Positions 27,876 to 28,963 of a DNA stretch of 28,963 bases are shown one piece after another. The notes under the pieces are model-generated. The model saw only the letters and a program-made list of their open reading frames with translations. It was not told the origin of the DNA and ran no database searches. The position numbers were made by a program, and so were the translations under genes. The DNA lies in the IMG/VR virus record IMGVR_UViG_3300032319_000506, positions 1-28,963 of that record. One strand, written 5' to 3'. The stretch is from a virus (lineage: Duplodnaviria > Caudoviricetes). Within the stretch, counting starts at the first letter, position 1; each line of letters starts with the position of its first letter.

Positions 27876-28963
27876 ATGGCTTTAAATTTAGTATCACCAG
27901 GTGTAAGGATAAGAGAAGTTGACTTAACTGTCGGTGGAATTACCGCAGCAGAAAATCAAGTTGGAGCTATTGCTGGTCCTTTCCAAAAAGGTCCAGTCAA
28001 TGTTCCTATTTTAATTGAAAATGAGAATGATTTACTCAAAACATTTGGAAAACCAATTTCATCAGACGCACAATATGAGTATTGGTTAGGTGCTTCTTCG
28101 TATCTTTCTTACGGTGGTGTTCTTAGAGTTGTAAGATGTGATGGAACAAACTTAAACAACCCAAATGCTGGAGTTTCTTCTACATCAGTTACATTAAAAA
28201 TCAAATCAACAGAAGATTATAATAATAATCAGACTACTGCTACCGATTGGTATTGGGCTTCTAGAAATCCAGGTTCTTGGTCTAATGATTTAAAAGTTTG
28301 TGTAATTGATGCTGCAGCAGATCAAAGAATTGCAATTGGAACTTTTGGATTAAATGTTGGATATGCTGTTACTTCTGCTTTCTCTAGATCAGTTGCTGGT
28401 GTTGGAACAGTAACAACAGAAACAGGAGTTCTTAAAGGTATTATCACCAAAGTCAATGAAGGTTCAATTGATGTAAAAGTTACTGCAAAGTCTTCTGGTG
28501 CTGGTTCAACTGTATTTACTGAAACTTCTTATTCTGAAGGAAGTGTAAATGCATTTGGTTCTGGAAACATCAGAATTTTAGACAATAATGGTAATTTTGT
28601 TAAAATTCAAGAATCATCAGTTTCAAGATTTTTTGGTGTAGTTTCTACTGGATCTACAGTAATTAATCCAATAAACGCATCCACAAATCTTCCATCTACA
28701 ATTGTCGCAGGACAATTTATTGTACCAGTTACTGGATCTTCTCTTGCAGATGGTACTACTTACACTGTAGGAATTGCGACAACGGTTAATGGTATTGCTC
28801 AAAGTGCTCTTGGTTTAAGTACATCAGCAAATGGATCAGGAACAGTAGAATTTTTAGTTCTTAATGTTGCTTCTGCTGGTGAGACAATATCATCACCTTC
28901 TGATTGGTATAACCAACAAACTCTAGGATTAACAAATTCTACTGTTTATTGGAGAAATATTGC
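27876..28963 (+). CDS. gp18: Tail sheath protein gp18, 3'-truncated (absent from the ORF track)
   Basis: ATG at 27876 after GAGGGG; manual translation gives MALNLVSPGVRIREVDLTVGGI...GAIAGPFQKGPVNVPILIENENDLLKTFGKP...YLSYGGVLRVVR...SRNPGSWSNDLKV. The frame appears open to the window end. Confidence 0.95.
   Translation, partial: MALNLVSPGVRIREVDLTVGGITAAENQVGAIAGPFQKGPVNVPILIENENDLLKTFGKPISSDAQYEYWLGASSYLSYGGVLRVVRCDGTNLNNPNAGVSSTSVTLKIKSTEDYNNNQTTATDWYWASRNPGSWSNDLKVCVIDAAADQRIAIGTFGLNVGYAVTSAFSRSVAGVGTVTTETGVLKGIITKVNEGSIDVKVTAKSSGAGSTVFTETSYSEGSVNAFGSGNIRILDNNGNFVKIQESSVSRFFGVVSTGSTVINPINASTNLPSTIVAGQFIVPVTGSSLADGTTYTVGIATTVNGIAQSALGLSTSANGSGTVEFLVLNVASAGETISSPSDWYNQQTLGLTNSTVYWRNI

Noticed and set aside
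1-28963. CRISPR arrays, tRNAs, DGR-type DNA repeats, rho-independent terminators, stop-codon reassignment
   Set aside because: The intergenic gaps are too short for arrays or tRNAs, the repeats I could see are degenerate at the protein level only, I saw no GC stem followed by a U-tract at gene ends, and the genes are full length in the standard code.

Overview
This AT-rich window is a contiguous, entirely plus-strand late structural operon of a T4-like myovirus, most similar in gene order and protein style to T4-like cyanophages. Gene order: 5'-truncated giant gp7-like baseplate wedge protein, gp8, a 2482-aa VrlC/DUF4815-like virion protein, three small ORFs, gp13, gp14, gp15, gp16, a 437-aa modular protein, a 58-aa NblA-like protein, gp17, a small Cys4 zinc-finger ORF and a 3'-truncated gp18 tail sheath that is missing from the ORF track. 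T4-type late promoter motifs ([A/C]TAAATA) sit at six gene junctions. Three observations stand out. (1) The 437-aa ORF between gp16 and gp17 starts with a T4 capsid-targeting-like sequence (MKTFQEFILE) and is a string of small domains separated by gp21-protease-like [ILV]-x-E sites, so it is a candidate head-packaged, injected polyprotein. (2) An NblA-like gene overlaps both that ORF and the large terminase. (3) A 17-bp hairpin sequesters the gp18 Shine-Dalgarno and has the late promoter in its loop. All family assignments come from recalled motifs and synteny; no searches were run.
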